Source of the DNA: Podarcis liolepis
Taxonomy: Eukaryota
Assembly (NCBI GenBank): GCA_965112155.1
Contig: OZ218112.1
Reading direction: 5' to 3' (one strand)
Length of the DNA: 64,000 nt
Shown here: positions 12,562 to 24,537 of the stretch, piece by piece
How the letters are laid out: each line of letters starts with the position of its first letter
Numbering within the stretch: position 1 is the first letter of the stretch
Notes under the pieces: generated by a model
Told to the model about the DNA's origin: nothing
What the model saw: the letters and a program-made list of their open reading frames with translations, nothing else
The model's database searches: none
Made by a program: the position numbers and the translations under genes

Positions 12562-14157
12562 AAATCCTCACCTGGTCATGAAACCATGGTTGGAGGCAGC
12601 AGTTGCTGGAAGCCACTGGAGGGAAGAGTGCTCTCATGCTTTAATCCTCCTTGAGGGTTTCCTAGAAGAAGCATCTGGTAGGCCACTGTGAGAACAGGAT
12701 GGAACTATTGACCTACTCCAGCAGGCTCTTCTTATGCTCTTAAATGTTCTGGGCCTCCCTCTCGGAACAAATGGCTTGCTCTCCACCTTGCACATCTCTC
12801 CACGTGGCTGTGAGTCTGGAAGGATGCCACTCTCTGCTCCAAAGGGGAAAGGATGTTGTGGGATGCAAGCAGCACATTTATCGGAGCCTCCTGACTTGGC
12901 CTGGCCAATACACAGAGCGGCTCATCACTGCCTTGCAATTAGCAAAGTACTGGTGCCACACCGAGGTGATCAATTTGTTCCACTGTTGAGCCAGGCCTCT
13001 GGAGTGCTGGTATTTAAGGAGAGAGAAAGGCCTGGCAGGCAATTCCAGTTCTGCCCTGCCCCTGGAATAGGAACAAGCTCGTAAAGTTGGCTGTCATTCA
13101 GAAGTTTGTCTCCAACAACCGGGCTTGTGGGATGGAGGGCAGGGGAACAGAGAGAGGAGGAACTTCCACATTTCCCAGAATTCCCTCTCATCTTCCCTGC
13201 AGCTTCCTAGTCAAAACAACAGCTACAGCGCTGTTTGCCCCCCCCCCCACGTCCCCTTTCAAGAGGCATCCTCCCCTTGCCCATCCCCTCGTCCCTTCTA
13301 AATATAACACTGTCTCTGCTTCTGGGCTGACACTCCAGGAGGATGTCATGCCATCAGTCATCCTTCAACTCCTCAAAGTGGTGTGGGTGGGTGGGTGTCT
13401 TAACCACCACCTGGGGCATGAGCTCTTTGCAATCTGAAGTCTGAATTCCTGAAAGGAAACTCTCTAACGCCTAAAAGAAGTAGAAGTGACAAATTCACCC
13501 ATCTTGTGTGTGGGGGGGGGACTTCCTCTTCGAGGGCTAAGGTGTGCTGTACTTAATCCCCACCAACAAGGTTCTTCGGTTATTTCCCCTTTTTGTTGAA
13601 TTGTCATCACTAGAGTTGCACCAAATATTTGCCCATTTTGGTTTTCAGATTTAAAAACCCCCTCATTTCTTTTGCCTATTTTATCACACTACGCATTGTA
13701 AACACCACCTCAAGAACTTGGCTTCAATGTTGGGGTGTAAATATTCAAAATGAATAACAAAGAGAACATGCTGTACCATCTTTAAATTAACATTCAGGAA
13801 TGAAAAGCGACAAAAAGCTCTTTAGTTAAGTTGCCAGCAAGGGAGTTGTTTTGTTCCGGATGTCAGGGTATTTGAAGCACACTATTGTTTGGGGCTGCTG
13901 TTCATGTGGGCTGAGGAGTCCACACGGCAAGTGCCCACTTCACTCCATTTGCAGCGCTGTGAAGTACTTTCTGGATCCCTTGAGCACAAAAATCAGATCC
14001 CACTTCCAATCTGTTCCTCCCGATAAAAGGAAGCATTTTCCTCCGCCAGAAACAGCAAAGAGGTTCTTGAAATTCAACTCATTGCGGAAGGGTGAAAGGG
14101 TGGCGTCCTTTCAGACATTGACCTGTGCTCTTCCTGCTTCACCTTCCTGCCAAGGAA

Positions 14158-14209
14158 GTTACCATGGCAACAAACCAAGTCAGATCAAACAATGTTTAAA
14201 TGACATCAT
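14158..14209. promoter_or_regulatory. Candidate enhancer: RFX X-box GTTACCATGGCAAC plus ATF/CRE-like ATGACATCAT
   Basis: Exact match to GTTNCCATGGNAAC at 14158-14171 in non-repetitive DNA. Confidence 0.45.
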
Positions 14210-15732
14210 CAAGTGGCTTCAGCCTAACCAAAGAACAGGCTTTGTCCCCACAGAGCTGCCATGAATAGAGCAGATGAAAGGGACAGGTCAGGAAGATGGA
14301 GCAAGGCAAAAATCAAGCAAACAAAGAAATACGCTTAACCTCACAATATCAGAAAGGCTGTCAGTAACATTTCCCCTAAAGCTTACATGAAAATGGATTA
14401 CATGTACACCTCACTTAACAGATGATCTACACAACACACACACCACAGTGTGTTGTGGCCCAACGCTTGCCCTATTTCTAGTAACTTCATGCATGAACTG
14501 AGCTCTGGGTGGGGCCAGTTGGGGCTCATGGCTTCTGGGACCTCCTTGCTAGCTGGAAGAAGTTCCTGGAGTGGGGTGCGAGTGGGTGATTTAACTGCCT
14601 CGCAACGACTGCATTTGCAAAATGCTAGGCACTCTGTTGGGCTTCGACCCCCAAATCTGGGTCTCACTCACCTGAATTTCACTGCTGAGACTGGATAAGC
14701 TGGCTTTGTCTTCCAAAATTTGCATTTTCAGAAAATTTAAAACTGCATGTGTGTGAATTTAAGTGTTCCATTTCATAGGCACGACTGCCTGGTTAGTTTT
14801 CATGCGTTGCACCTGCCACTCTCATTAATGAATAACCTCAGGCGCCCACTCTTGCCTTTTGTGAACTGATTCATTTATACTCTTGGCAAGGATGACATCT
14901 GAAGGTGATGAGTTCCAAAGTATAAGGTAAAGGACAGGAAGCTGTGTGTGATCTGCAACATAAAAATATGTCTGATGCCTTATAGGAAAAGTCCTTGATT
15001 TTCATATCATTTTTAATGATGTTAAAAGTTTTGTGTTAACCTACTTGGTTGGTTATATAAAGCAACACATGACAATAGAGTAAATGCCAGGCATTTTGGT
15101 GTTGTGCACAACTCAACCAGCTGCCAGGATAAATGGGACAGCATTGAGCCCATCACCCAAGGGGCAGTTCGCAAGAGCAGGAGAGCAGCAGCAACAGTAG
15201 CAACATCAGGACTGGGGGGAGGCAGCTTGGGTTTGTAGTTTGGTAAAGAAGACCCATGATTTCCCTCCCATCTGTTCAGCAATTCAGCCCATAGCTCCTA
15301 CCTTGCTATAAAAGCTATTGAAATCCCACTGAGTAAAAAGGTGATACAACACTATCTTCTGCATGGATCCACCCGTTTGAACCACTTGCTGATGTGCCAA
15401 TTTAGTTGTGTCAAAAGTCATGTTCAGGTGGCTAATTGCAGGTTAAATAAACAGAGATACTGCCCATTCTCCATAAAAAGAGCTTCCTGGGTCAGGTCAA
15501 AGGGTGCCCATCTAGTCCAGCACCCTGTATTCACAGTGGCCAACCAGATGTCCCAATGGGAAACCAGCAACCAGGACCTGAGCACAAGAGCAACACTCTT
15601 TCCTCCTTTGGTTTCCAGCAACTGGTATTCAGAAGCATGACTACTGCCAATTGTGGAAATAGAGCATAGCCATCATGACTAGGGGCCACAGATAGCTTTA
15701 TCCTCCATGCAGCTCTGCTATCATAGACAGAA

Positions 15733-15734
<2 letters not shown>

Positions 15735-15777
<43 letters not shown>
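15735..15777. repeat. (GT)n microsatellite
   Basis: Direct reading. Confidence 0.95.
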
Positions 15778-15778
<1 letters not shown>

Positions 15779-16027
15779 TTTATAAGAGAATTGTCCTTCT
15801 GTATGTAGTACATACTCCCAATTTTATTAAACTGGATACAAAAGAAGGAGCAAGTAATTTCTCCAAAGTGCTGTTCCCCCAAACCCCACCTATTTGTTTA
15901 ACTGCTTAGGAAATATAGGAAGCTGACTTGTATTCAGCCAGACCATTGATTCATCAAGTATTGTCTATTTTACACTGAACAGCACCATCTCTCCAGGGAC
16001 AAGAATCTCCCTCAATTCTACCTGGAA

Positions 16028-16117
16028 CATAGCTGTCAATGTTTTCCTTTTTTTAAGGGAAGTTCCCTTATTCTGAATAGGATTCCTCACAAGAAAAGGT
16101 AAAAGTTGACAGCTATG
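16028..16117. mobile_element. 90-bp hAT MITE nested in a SINE
   Basis: TIR CATAGCTGTCAA / TTGACAGCTATG; 8-bp TSD ACCTGGAA / ACCTGGAG. Confidence 0.85.
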
Positions 16118-16618
16118 ACCTGGAGATGCCAGGGATTGAACCCAAGACCAATTACTTGCAAAGTCATACGATCTACTGCTGAGCTATGGAACTTTCCTAA
16201 TTATAAGATCTCTTAAAAAGTTTCAATGACATCTATAAGCAAGAAGTTGAAGGTGGGGAAATATCTCCCTTAAACCATATATTTCTTTTTATTTCTGATC
16301 GCTGTCTAATGAGGTACCTCTGTGTTTTTCCCTTAAGATTGGAGACTGTTCTAGGAAAAGCTGCACTTAATGTTCTCAAAAATGGGGATCAGATATGACT
16401 TCTGTGCCCCAGAATCTTAGCTGTGACCTGACACCTCCAGCAGCTAGCAGAGACTAATTCAATTTGTCTGCAGTAATCTCCATGGAAAGGAATGGTGCCA
16501 TGGCTCAGGTGGCAGAGCACCTGCTTTACATGCAGAAAGTCAACCCCTAGAATCTCCTGGCAGGGGTGAGAGAAACCCTGCCTGCAACCCTGGAGAGCCA
16601 CTGCTGGAAATTGTAGGC

Positions 16619-16758
16619 CAGTGTTTACCAAATTTGGGTCTCCAGGTGTGTTTTTTTGGACTACAGTTCCCATCATCCCTGACCACTGGTCCTGCTAGCT
16701 AGGGATAATGGGAGTTACAGTCCAAAAACAGCTGGAAACTCAAGTTTGGGAAACACTG
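16619..16758. mobile_element. Palindromic hAT MITE nested in a tRNA-SINE; related copy at 34238-34371 (TSD ATTTAAAA / ATTTAAAG)
   Basis: TIR CAGTGTTT…AAACACTG, internal GGACTACAGTTCCCATCATCCC hairpin, degenerate 8-bp TSD. Confidence 0.8.
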
Positions 16759-19094
16759 GTGTAGACAGTACTGAGCTAGATGGACCTGTGGTCTGACTGA
16801 GGCAGCTTCCTCTGTTCCACCTTGAGACTGAGATTCACAGGGGACTTGTCCCTGGCGCTGGTTGGCCTTGATGGAGCTCATTCCTCAAGCCAAACAACCA
16901 AGGAATGTTGTGGGCAGATAAGAAGCAGGAATGCAAGTAGAGACCTGAACATCAACACATTCATGCAGAAGGAGACACCACTGAGCTGTTCTCAATAAGG
17001 AGCAGGGGGTGTTCCCATCCTCCCCACCCCCACCCAGAGTTGCCATTGGGGATGGAGCCTGGCCCTTTACCCTTGCCAAGCAAATGGGCCACCACCCTTC
17101 CCCCAAGCAGCCAGAGAGGTAAGCTATGCTCGTTTAAAAATGCTGTTTCCACTTCTTAGTGCCACAATGGCTGGAGAAAAAAACACAAGGGTTTCAGCTG
17201 GCTTTCATTTCTTGGGGGGGGGGCATTCATTTGCAAACATAAATTGTTTGCTACTGCCCACTGGGAATGGCAACATTTATTTCCTGCTAAGGATTAGGTC
17301 CTTCCAGCTCAGGCTGCCTTGTCCAACCCCAATTCCCTACCAGGCGAAATCACTCTTCAATTCAGTACTGTACAATCCAAGAAAGAAAATAACAGGCCAG
17401 TTTCTGTTAAAATATGAATTTTATTTGTTTGCTTCAGTTGGGTTTTGAGTGTGTGTGGAGTGAGTGCCAGAGTGATGTTTTTGGGCAAAGGAGGGGCTGC
17501 ACGATCATCTGAAGTCACGTGTTCTTTGGGGAGCAGAGGATGAGGAGGAGAAGGCTCCAGTTGGAAAGATCTTCACCCACCTTTTCTGATTCACCTCAAG
17601 CATTCCATTGGGTTGTCATCATTAGTAGCAGTAGTATTTCATCCCCTCCTGCATATTTTTTTTAACATTTTAATTGCTTTAACTTATTGAAAAAGCTAGT
17701 AGCTGGTGGGGAGGGGGGATGCAAGACTGCAAATCCTGCCAGTTAAAACCAACTGTACAAGTCAACAGCAAATGCTGAAAAATACAATTCATAAATACAA
17801 ACAGGCATTTAAATGTGGGCACCATAAGTGCTCAGAACACCAATCTCAGACAGGAGAGAAAGAAATCACAGTTTTCATGAGTACATCCCTTAAGACGGCA
17901 GCTAACAGCCAGTTCAGTAAAGAAAATACAACAAAATTAAGGAAATGTATTTTTTTTCCCCTAGTCACAAATTATTTACAGATGTGGTCTGAGGAGTAGT
18001 CAGAGGATTGTCATGCATTCAACTGCTGCTGGCTCGCTTCTCTCTCTTAGCTGAGGAAAGACAGTCCCATAAGATGAGAGAGGAAACAAGAGGAGGCCAG
18101 AAGGGAGCAGGTGCAACATAAGGCAGAGTTGGATCGGGACCTCCAGAATGTCCTGGCTGCCATGTTGATATGGATTGCCTTGGTGTTTCCTTGCTGGGCA
18201 CCTTCAAAACTGCAGCTCATCAGCTGGCAAAAGGCTGCACTGTGCATTGCCTCTGATGAGCCTGCAATGGCGGCTCCTCTTTCCCCAATAATTCCTCCTC
18301 TGAAGGCTGTGCTAAAGGACTGCCAACGCCAGTATTCTACACTGGATACAAGGGTGGGGTGGGAGTTGCTTAAGGCCCATGGGTTGCATTCAGCATGCCA
18401 AGATCTCAGTGCCAGATTTAGGCCAGTGCAGGCAGTTTCCCCTGCACAGGGTGCCGAGCTGAGGAGGTTGATAATTATAATGCCTATATTTATACAGGGA
18501 CCTACTGAGAAGATCCATAAAAAAGCAACTGCACCAAAAGGAATTATTGTGAAAATAAGAAATGGGTGTGTATGTGGATTTTGTCCTTGCTCAAGGTGCC
18601 ATATTACTAATGTCCACCCCACAATACCTTTTCGCTACCTTGGACTCTGCCCCCTTTCCTTGAAATATTTTAGTCACACAGTGTGAGGAAGATGAGTAAG
18701 TTGCCACTGGCTAGCTCAGGTAAGAGCCTTAGTTGAGCACAACCACCAAGGCCTGATCTGTTTCTGACGCTTAACATATTCATTTTAAAAATTGGTTTTC
18801 AGAAGATCAGACTCTGCACTTTGAATTTGTAACCTTCCATGCTCACTTAGGGATTTATTTTATTTTTAAGATGGCATCGTCCAAGGTTACACCATCCGTC
18901 TTCCATATAAAAGAAAAAAGGCAGGTCTACCTGTGAGAATCTAGTACACTGTGAGAATCCAACTAACTCCTACTCAGAGTAGACCCACTACTCCGTAGAT
19001 GGGAATAGCTAAATAAAGTCCATTGATCTGAATACACCTTCACTAAGAAGGAGTTATGCTGGATATAACCCATAGTCAGTGCACTGCAATTTTC

Positions 19095-19103
19095 TACTAC
19101 TGT

Positions 19104-19140
<37 letters not shown>

Positions 19141-19160
19141 GTTATTACTACTACTACTAT
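19095..19160. repeat. (TAC)n microsatellite
   Basis: Direct reading. Confidence 0.9.
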
Positions 19161-19709
19161 TGTGAGAAAGCCTAAGAAGAGGTGGAAAGAGTGACAAAGG
19201 CAAGGTCCAAAAGCAGATTCTTATTGAGGGAGAATGCTGATTTCAAGGTGGCAGGCTACTGAAGATCAAACGCTCCCTAGGAAGAATAACAGAGCTTGCT
19301 CCATCCAGGCATACATTCCACCATCAGTTTTATGGGCTCCATAAATTGTTGGCCAGGTCAGAATACTGGGAGCAGAACATGATAAAAGGGAGGAAGCTGG
19401 ATGTTGCAAGCGGAGCCTTCCAAGGATGCTTAGAATATAAAAACATAAGGTAAGCCTATTGGATCAGGCCAAAGGGGGCCCATCTAGTCCAGCATCCTGT
19501 TCTCACAATGAGCAGCCAATAGGAAATCTGAAAGCAGGACATGAGCACAGGGCCAGCCAGCCCATGAGGTATGGGTGAAGCAGCCACTTTGGGGAGCAGA
19601 AGCTGAATAAATGGTGCCCCACCCACCAGTGGAGAAGCAGCACTGGTAGCTACACTGGTTTCTGGAAAGATCTCACCAAAATATTGTGAGATCTTGCAAC
19701 AACTCTGGG

Positions 19710-19825
19710 ATAGCTGAGACTCTTAATCTCAGGGCTGTGGGTTTGAGCCCCATGTTGGGCAAAAGATTCCTGTATTGCAGGGGGTCGGGCTAGATGGGTC
19801 CTTCCAACTCTACAATATGATTCTA
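19710..19825 (+). mobile_element. tRNA-Lys(CTT)-derived SINE with CR1 3' tail; second copy at 43612-43747
   Basis: GAGACTCTTAATCTCAGGG…GAGCCCCATGTTGGGC followed by the CR1 tail CCTTCCAACTCTAC…ATGATTCT. Confidence 0.8.
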
Positions 19826-20854
19826 AGAACTCACCAGAAACATATGCTGCTGCTAGTGCCACATCTCTGATGGTGGTTGGGTGGGAAGCTCTTCTGCTTC
19901 CCAGGTAAGGGCAGTGGGGTGGCATGGCCAAACATTATCATTTCACCCCAAGGGGTGAAATACAATGCCCCTGCCTGATTGCAACACAACTCTCCCCTCC
20001 TGGAGTTTCCAGAAAATGGTAGTAAGAAGAATTACTGCCTCAGACTGGAAAGGCAGAGCACAGCTAGTAACCACTAATAGCCTCATCCTCCATGAATTCT
20101 TCTTATCTTCTTTTACAGCCATCCAAGTTGGTGGCCATCCCTGCCTCCCGTGGGAGGGCATTCCATAGCACAGAACCAGCGCTGTCTTAAGCATATGTGG
20201 CACCGGGGTGCAAAGATCCGCCTGGTTCCCCTCCCCCCAGTTGCCCAGTCCCAGGTGTGCAGGAGGGCGGAGCCAGCTGGCCGCCTCTGCGTCTCGCAGG
20301 CTAGGTCACCCCCGAACTAGCAGTGCGGAGCCACCCACAGCATAAGAGCCCACTGCAGCACTCCAACTGATGGGCAGGCTCTCCCCTGGACTCAGCTCTC
20401 GGGCCCTAGACTCTCGGCCTGGCACCCCTGAGAGCCCACACCTGGGTACCTCGCACCCCTAGCATCTATGGGTAAGACGGCCCTGCATACAACCAAAGAG
20501 GAAGGATATGAACCTCAGCCCATGATGAGAAGAAACATGACATGGATTTTGGGGCATGAGAAGCTGATCCTCTGAAAATCCTAGCATGAAACGCTTCTGA
20601 TCAGAGAAAGAAAGGAACACAGAAACAAGGCTACATTTGAACAAGGTTGTCTAGCCCAGCCCACTGCCTCCCTCCATGAGACATGATTTTTATGAACTGC
20701 CCCATGAACTCACCACACTTGCACCTGGATCAGAAGGTGCCACAAGTATGGGATGAACACAGGCCAGGGTAAGAATAATTCAGAAATCAAACAGACTGGT
20801 TTCCAGAATTTTCTTGTAATGTAGCACTTTATGGCAAGAGTTTGCTAAGTTTGT

Positions 20855-21675
20855 ATACCACCCTTCATCCAACGATCACAGGGTAGTTCACAACATCAAT
20901 ATACAAGATAAGAACACAAAACACAGAAATGGAATTGAAACCAAAACAAATCAATAACTCCCCTCTGACAAACACATTCAAAAGGCCATAAGTTGTTAAT
21001 CAGCTGAAGACCTGGTTATAGAGAAACATTTTTTATCCTGTGTCTAATGATAGGCAATGAGGATGCCTGGCAAGCCTCCCTGGGGAGAGCATTCCCCAAA
21101 TGGGGAGCCACTGCAGAAAAGGCCCTCTGTCATCTTGCTGCCCTCTGGATACCTTGTGGAGGGGGCACACAAAGAAGGACCTCAGATGATGGTCACAGGG
21201 TTTGTGTTGGTTCATATAGGGCAGGGGTCAGCAAAATTTTTCAGCAGGGGGCTGGTCCACTGTCCCTCAGACCTTGTGGAGGGCCGGACTATATTTTGAA
21301 GGGAAAAAAATGAATGAATTCCTATGCCCTGCAAATAACCTAGAGATGCATTTTAAATAAAAGGACACATTCTACTCATGTAAAAACACGCTGATTCCCA
21401 GACCTTCCGCAGGCTGGATTAAGAAGGCGCTTGGGCTGGATCTGGCCCCTGGGCCATAGTTTGCCTACCCATGATATAGGGAGAGGCAGTCCTGGAGGCA
21501 TTGTGGTCCTGAGCCATTTAAGGCTTTATAGGTCAAAACCAGCACTTTGAATTGAGCCTGGAAACTAATTGGCAGCCAGTGCAGTGGGGCCAGGATTAGC
21601 GTTATACAGGTATGCTCAAACTGCCTTGCCCCAGTGAGCAAGCTGACTGCTGAATTCTGCACCAGCTAGAAGTTT
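20855..21675 (-). mobile_element. L2-type LINE 3' fragment; relatives at about 35080-35345(-), 46755-47440(-), 59690-59900(+)
   Basis: LHWLPISFQAQFKVLVLTYKALNG ORF2 C-terminal motif. Confidence 0.8.
21222..21473 (+). mobile_element. hAT (Charlie-like) MITE nested in L2; second copy at 54848-55097
   Basis: TIR CAGGGGTCAGCAA / TTGCCTACCCATG; exact 8-bp TSD ATATAGGG. Confidence 0.9.
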
Positions 21676-22555
21676 CTGAACCTCCAGCCCAGGTAAGATT
21701 TTGAAGGCTTGGGGAATGAGAGACTACCCTTTATATGGCCAAACAACCACTTCCTACCCTTCTTAGATGTGAAGCGTAGAATACTTAGGCAGCAATTTTC
21801 ACCTGCTAGGATTTCTGCTGTGCCTTGAGGGTTTTTGAAAGTCGCGTTGTGTTCCCAGCTAGGACTACCAGAGGGCAGCATCAGTGGAAAGGGTGACCCT
21901 CCCAGGCACCAGATTTTATTGACAGGTGCCAGCTGCTCCACCCAACCCTACCCCACCGTGTCATTGGCCCAGGAAGCAAACCGCTATTGAACCATGACTG
22001 CAAATATGGTTCTTTTCTCCTCTGCTTTTCCTGCTGCCAAAAGTAGGGCCCTGTGTTCTCATTGCTCCATTCTAATTTCAGATTTTGTAGATTTACTACA
22101 CAAACACACAGGGAAAGCATTCCAAAAAGCCTGACATTTCCCCAGCCACAAAGACAAAGCACTTTCTTTCTCCCTGCCTGCACCACCCCCAAGCCAGCTG
22201 GTAGCGTTTGGCTGCCTGAGAAATAACAAGGTCAAACATTAAATATTTATACCTTGCAGTTATCAATATCATACCAAGTCATGGCCTCCTTCCAGAACAC
22301 CACCTGTCACCATTTAGCTTCACATTCACAGAGCGGGTGTATAAGCTTTCATGAATGTTGCTGCTGCCGTTGCCAGCACCCCAGGCCAGAGGCAAAAATT
22401 AAGACATCTTTGTTACCTTAGAGGCAGCAGCCAGTAGAAAGGCCACCTCAACATGGACTCTTAGTCTTTATGCTGAATGGGTATAGGTGGCTTGGTGCTA
22501 TGACTGACGCTCCCAGCAAAAATTTACTTGCTTTGGAAGGTGGGCTACTCTTTAC

Positions 22556-24207
22556 TGTAGGGTAACCAGCTTCATATAACCAGTCAAATTAGTGCATGAA
22601 GGGGTTAAAACCATAGAGTAAGCTGTCCTGCCAGGCTTAACCAATGACATTTCCATACACCCTGGGAAGTCCTTTATACTCTCTCTCTCTCTCTCTGGAA
22701 TTCAGTTCTAGAGCTCATAGAATCATAGAATGACAGAATCTTAGAGTTGGAAGGGATCCCAAGGATCATCTAGTTCAACCCCCTGCAGTGCAGGAATCTC
22801 AACTAAAGCATCCATGACAGATGGCCATTCAAGCTAAGTGTGCTCCCTCCTCCATGTGACAGCCCTTAAGATATTTGAAGATGGCTATCATATCTCCTCT
22901 CAGTCTCCTCTTTTCTAGGCTAAACATACCCAGCTCCTTCAAGCGCTCCTCATAAGGCTTAGTTTCCAGATCATCTTGGTTGCCCTCCACTGCACACGTT
23001 CCAGCTTGTCAACATCTTTCTCAAATTGTGGTGCCCAGAATTGGACACAGTATTCCAAGTGTGGTCTGACTAAGGCAAAATAGAGTGATACTATTATTTT
23101 CCTTGATGTGGACACTATATTTACGTTGATGCAGCCTATAATAGCATTAGATTTTTTTTTGCTGCTACATCACACTGTTGACTCATGTTAAGCTTGTGGT
23201 CCATCAAGACCCTGAGATCTTTTTCACATGTACTGCTAGTAAGCCAGGTGTCCCCCATCCTTTATTTGTGCATCTGGTTCTTTCTACCTAAGGGCATAAC
23301 CTTACATCTGTCCTTATTGAAATTCATTTTCTTAGCTTGCACCCAGTTCTCCAATCTGTTAAGGTCATTTTGAATTCTGATTCTGTCTTCTATGGCATTA
23401 GCTACCCCTCCCAGCTTGGTGTCATTTGTGAATTTGATGAGCATCCCCTCAATTATTTCATCCAATTTGTTTATAAAGACATTGAACAACAACGGGCCCA
23501 GGACAGAACCCTGCAGCACCCCACTTGTCCCTTTTTTCCAGGATGGCGAGGAACCATTAATAGTACTCTTTGGGTTCAGTTAGTCAACAGCTACAAATCC
23601 ACCTAACCTACCTTGTTCGACACACATTTTACCTCGCAAGAATATCAGACCTGTTTGCGAGGTCTGGTAGCAAGCTCCCAGGATCTGCACTGAGCTAAGT
23701 TTGACTGCTGCTGGTTGCTAACTCCTCCCTCAGCCCGGCTTTCTCTCAGCTGTAACTCCTCCCCATCAGATCCTGTGTCCCCACAGAGCAATCGACCACA
23801 CACACCCTCAGGCTCCAGAAGACACACGCTCACTCTCTTCAGTCTCCCCCAGCAAACCTTGTCCTTGTTTGCAAGGTCTGGTCGCAAGCTCCCAGGTCTG
23901 AGCTGGTTGCTCCAGTACATGTCTTTTACCAGCCTCTTTTGCTTCAGACCAGTACTCCCATGCAATGTTTTACTGCCTGTGACTCTTTTCCTGACTGCTG
24001 TATGGAAAAGCACATAAAACTGACTTTTGAAACTTTTAAAAGGGGACAATTTGGGGGTTCACTGGATTAGCACATTTAAAAGGTTTTACAGCCTATATTT
24101 CCATGATTTTCTTTGCTGCATGTTTTGCAATGCTAAATCTCTGCTGGAGTTCTCTCACCAAAGAGTACTTGCCTCAAACTTGAGTCTTAGCTGCCAGGAT
24201 TCCAACA
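22556..24207 (+). mobile_element. Solo LTR, family A copy 3, split by a CR1 insertion
   Basis: TG…CA termini with exact 5-bp TSD TTTAC (22551-22555 and 24208-24212). Confidence 0.85.
22715..23645 (-). mobile_element. 5'-truncated CR1 LINE (RT and 3' end)
   Basis: QGSVLGPLLFNVFIN…KFTNDTKLGG; (TTCTATGA)n tail. Confidence 0.93.
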
Positions 24208-24489
24208 TTTACATATTCCTTTCTTTAAGCCTCCTTGTTTTTGTCTTTTTCATTTGATCTACAGTCTATTCCTGGCCCTCTTTCTTGCCCATTGCCCCTT
24301 CCTCACCGCTCTGCCCTTCCATTGCTTCCATACCACAACAGAGCCTCACTTCTAATTCTTGCAATCTTATAGATAAGCTGTCCTCCCTCCCTCTCTTTAA
24401 CTTCGATTTTAGCTGTTTTTATGAAGAAGTGACTTGGAATTTATGAAAGGCTCTCTTTCATGGGCTCTTACATATACACTCCATCTTCA

Positions 24490-24494
<5 letters not shown>

Positions 24495-24533
<39 letters not shown>
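24495..24533. repeat. (GT)n microsatellite
   Basis: Direct reading. Confidence 0.95.

Positions 24534-24537
<4 letters not shown>

Noticed and set aside
19710-19765. tRNA-Lys(CTT) genes here and at 43612
   Set aside because: Truncated and mutated, and fused to a CR1 tail, so they are SINE heads.
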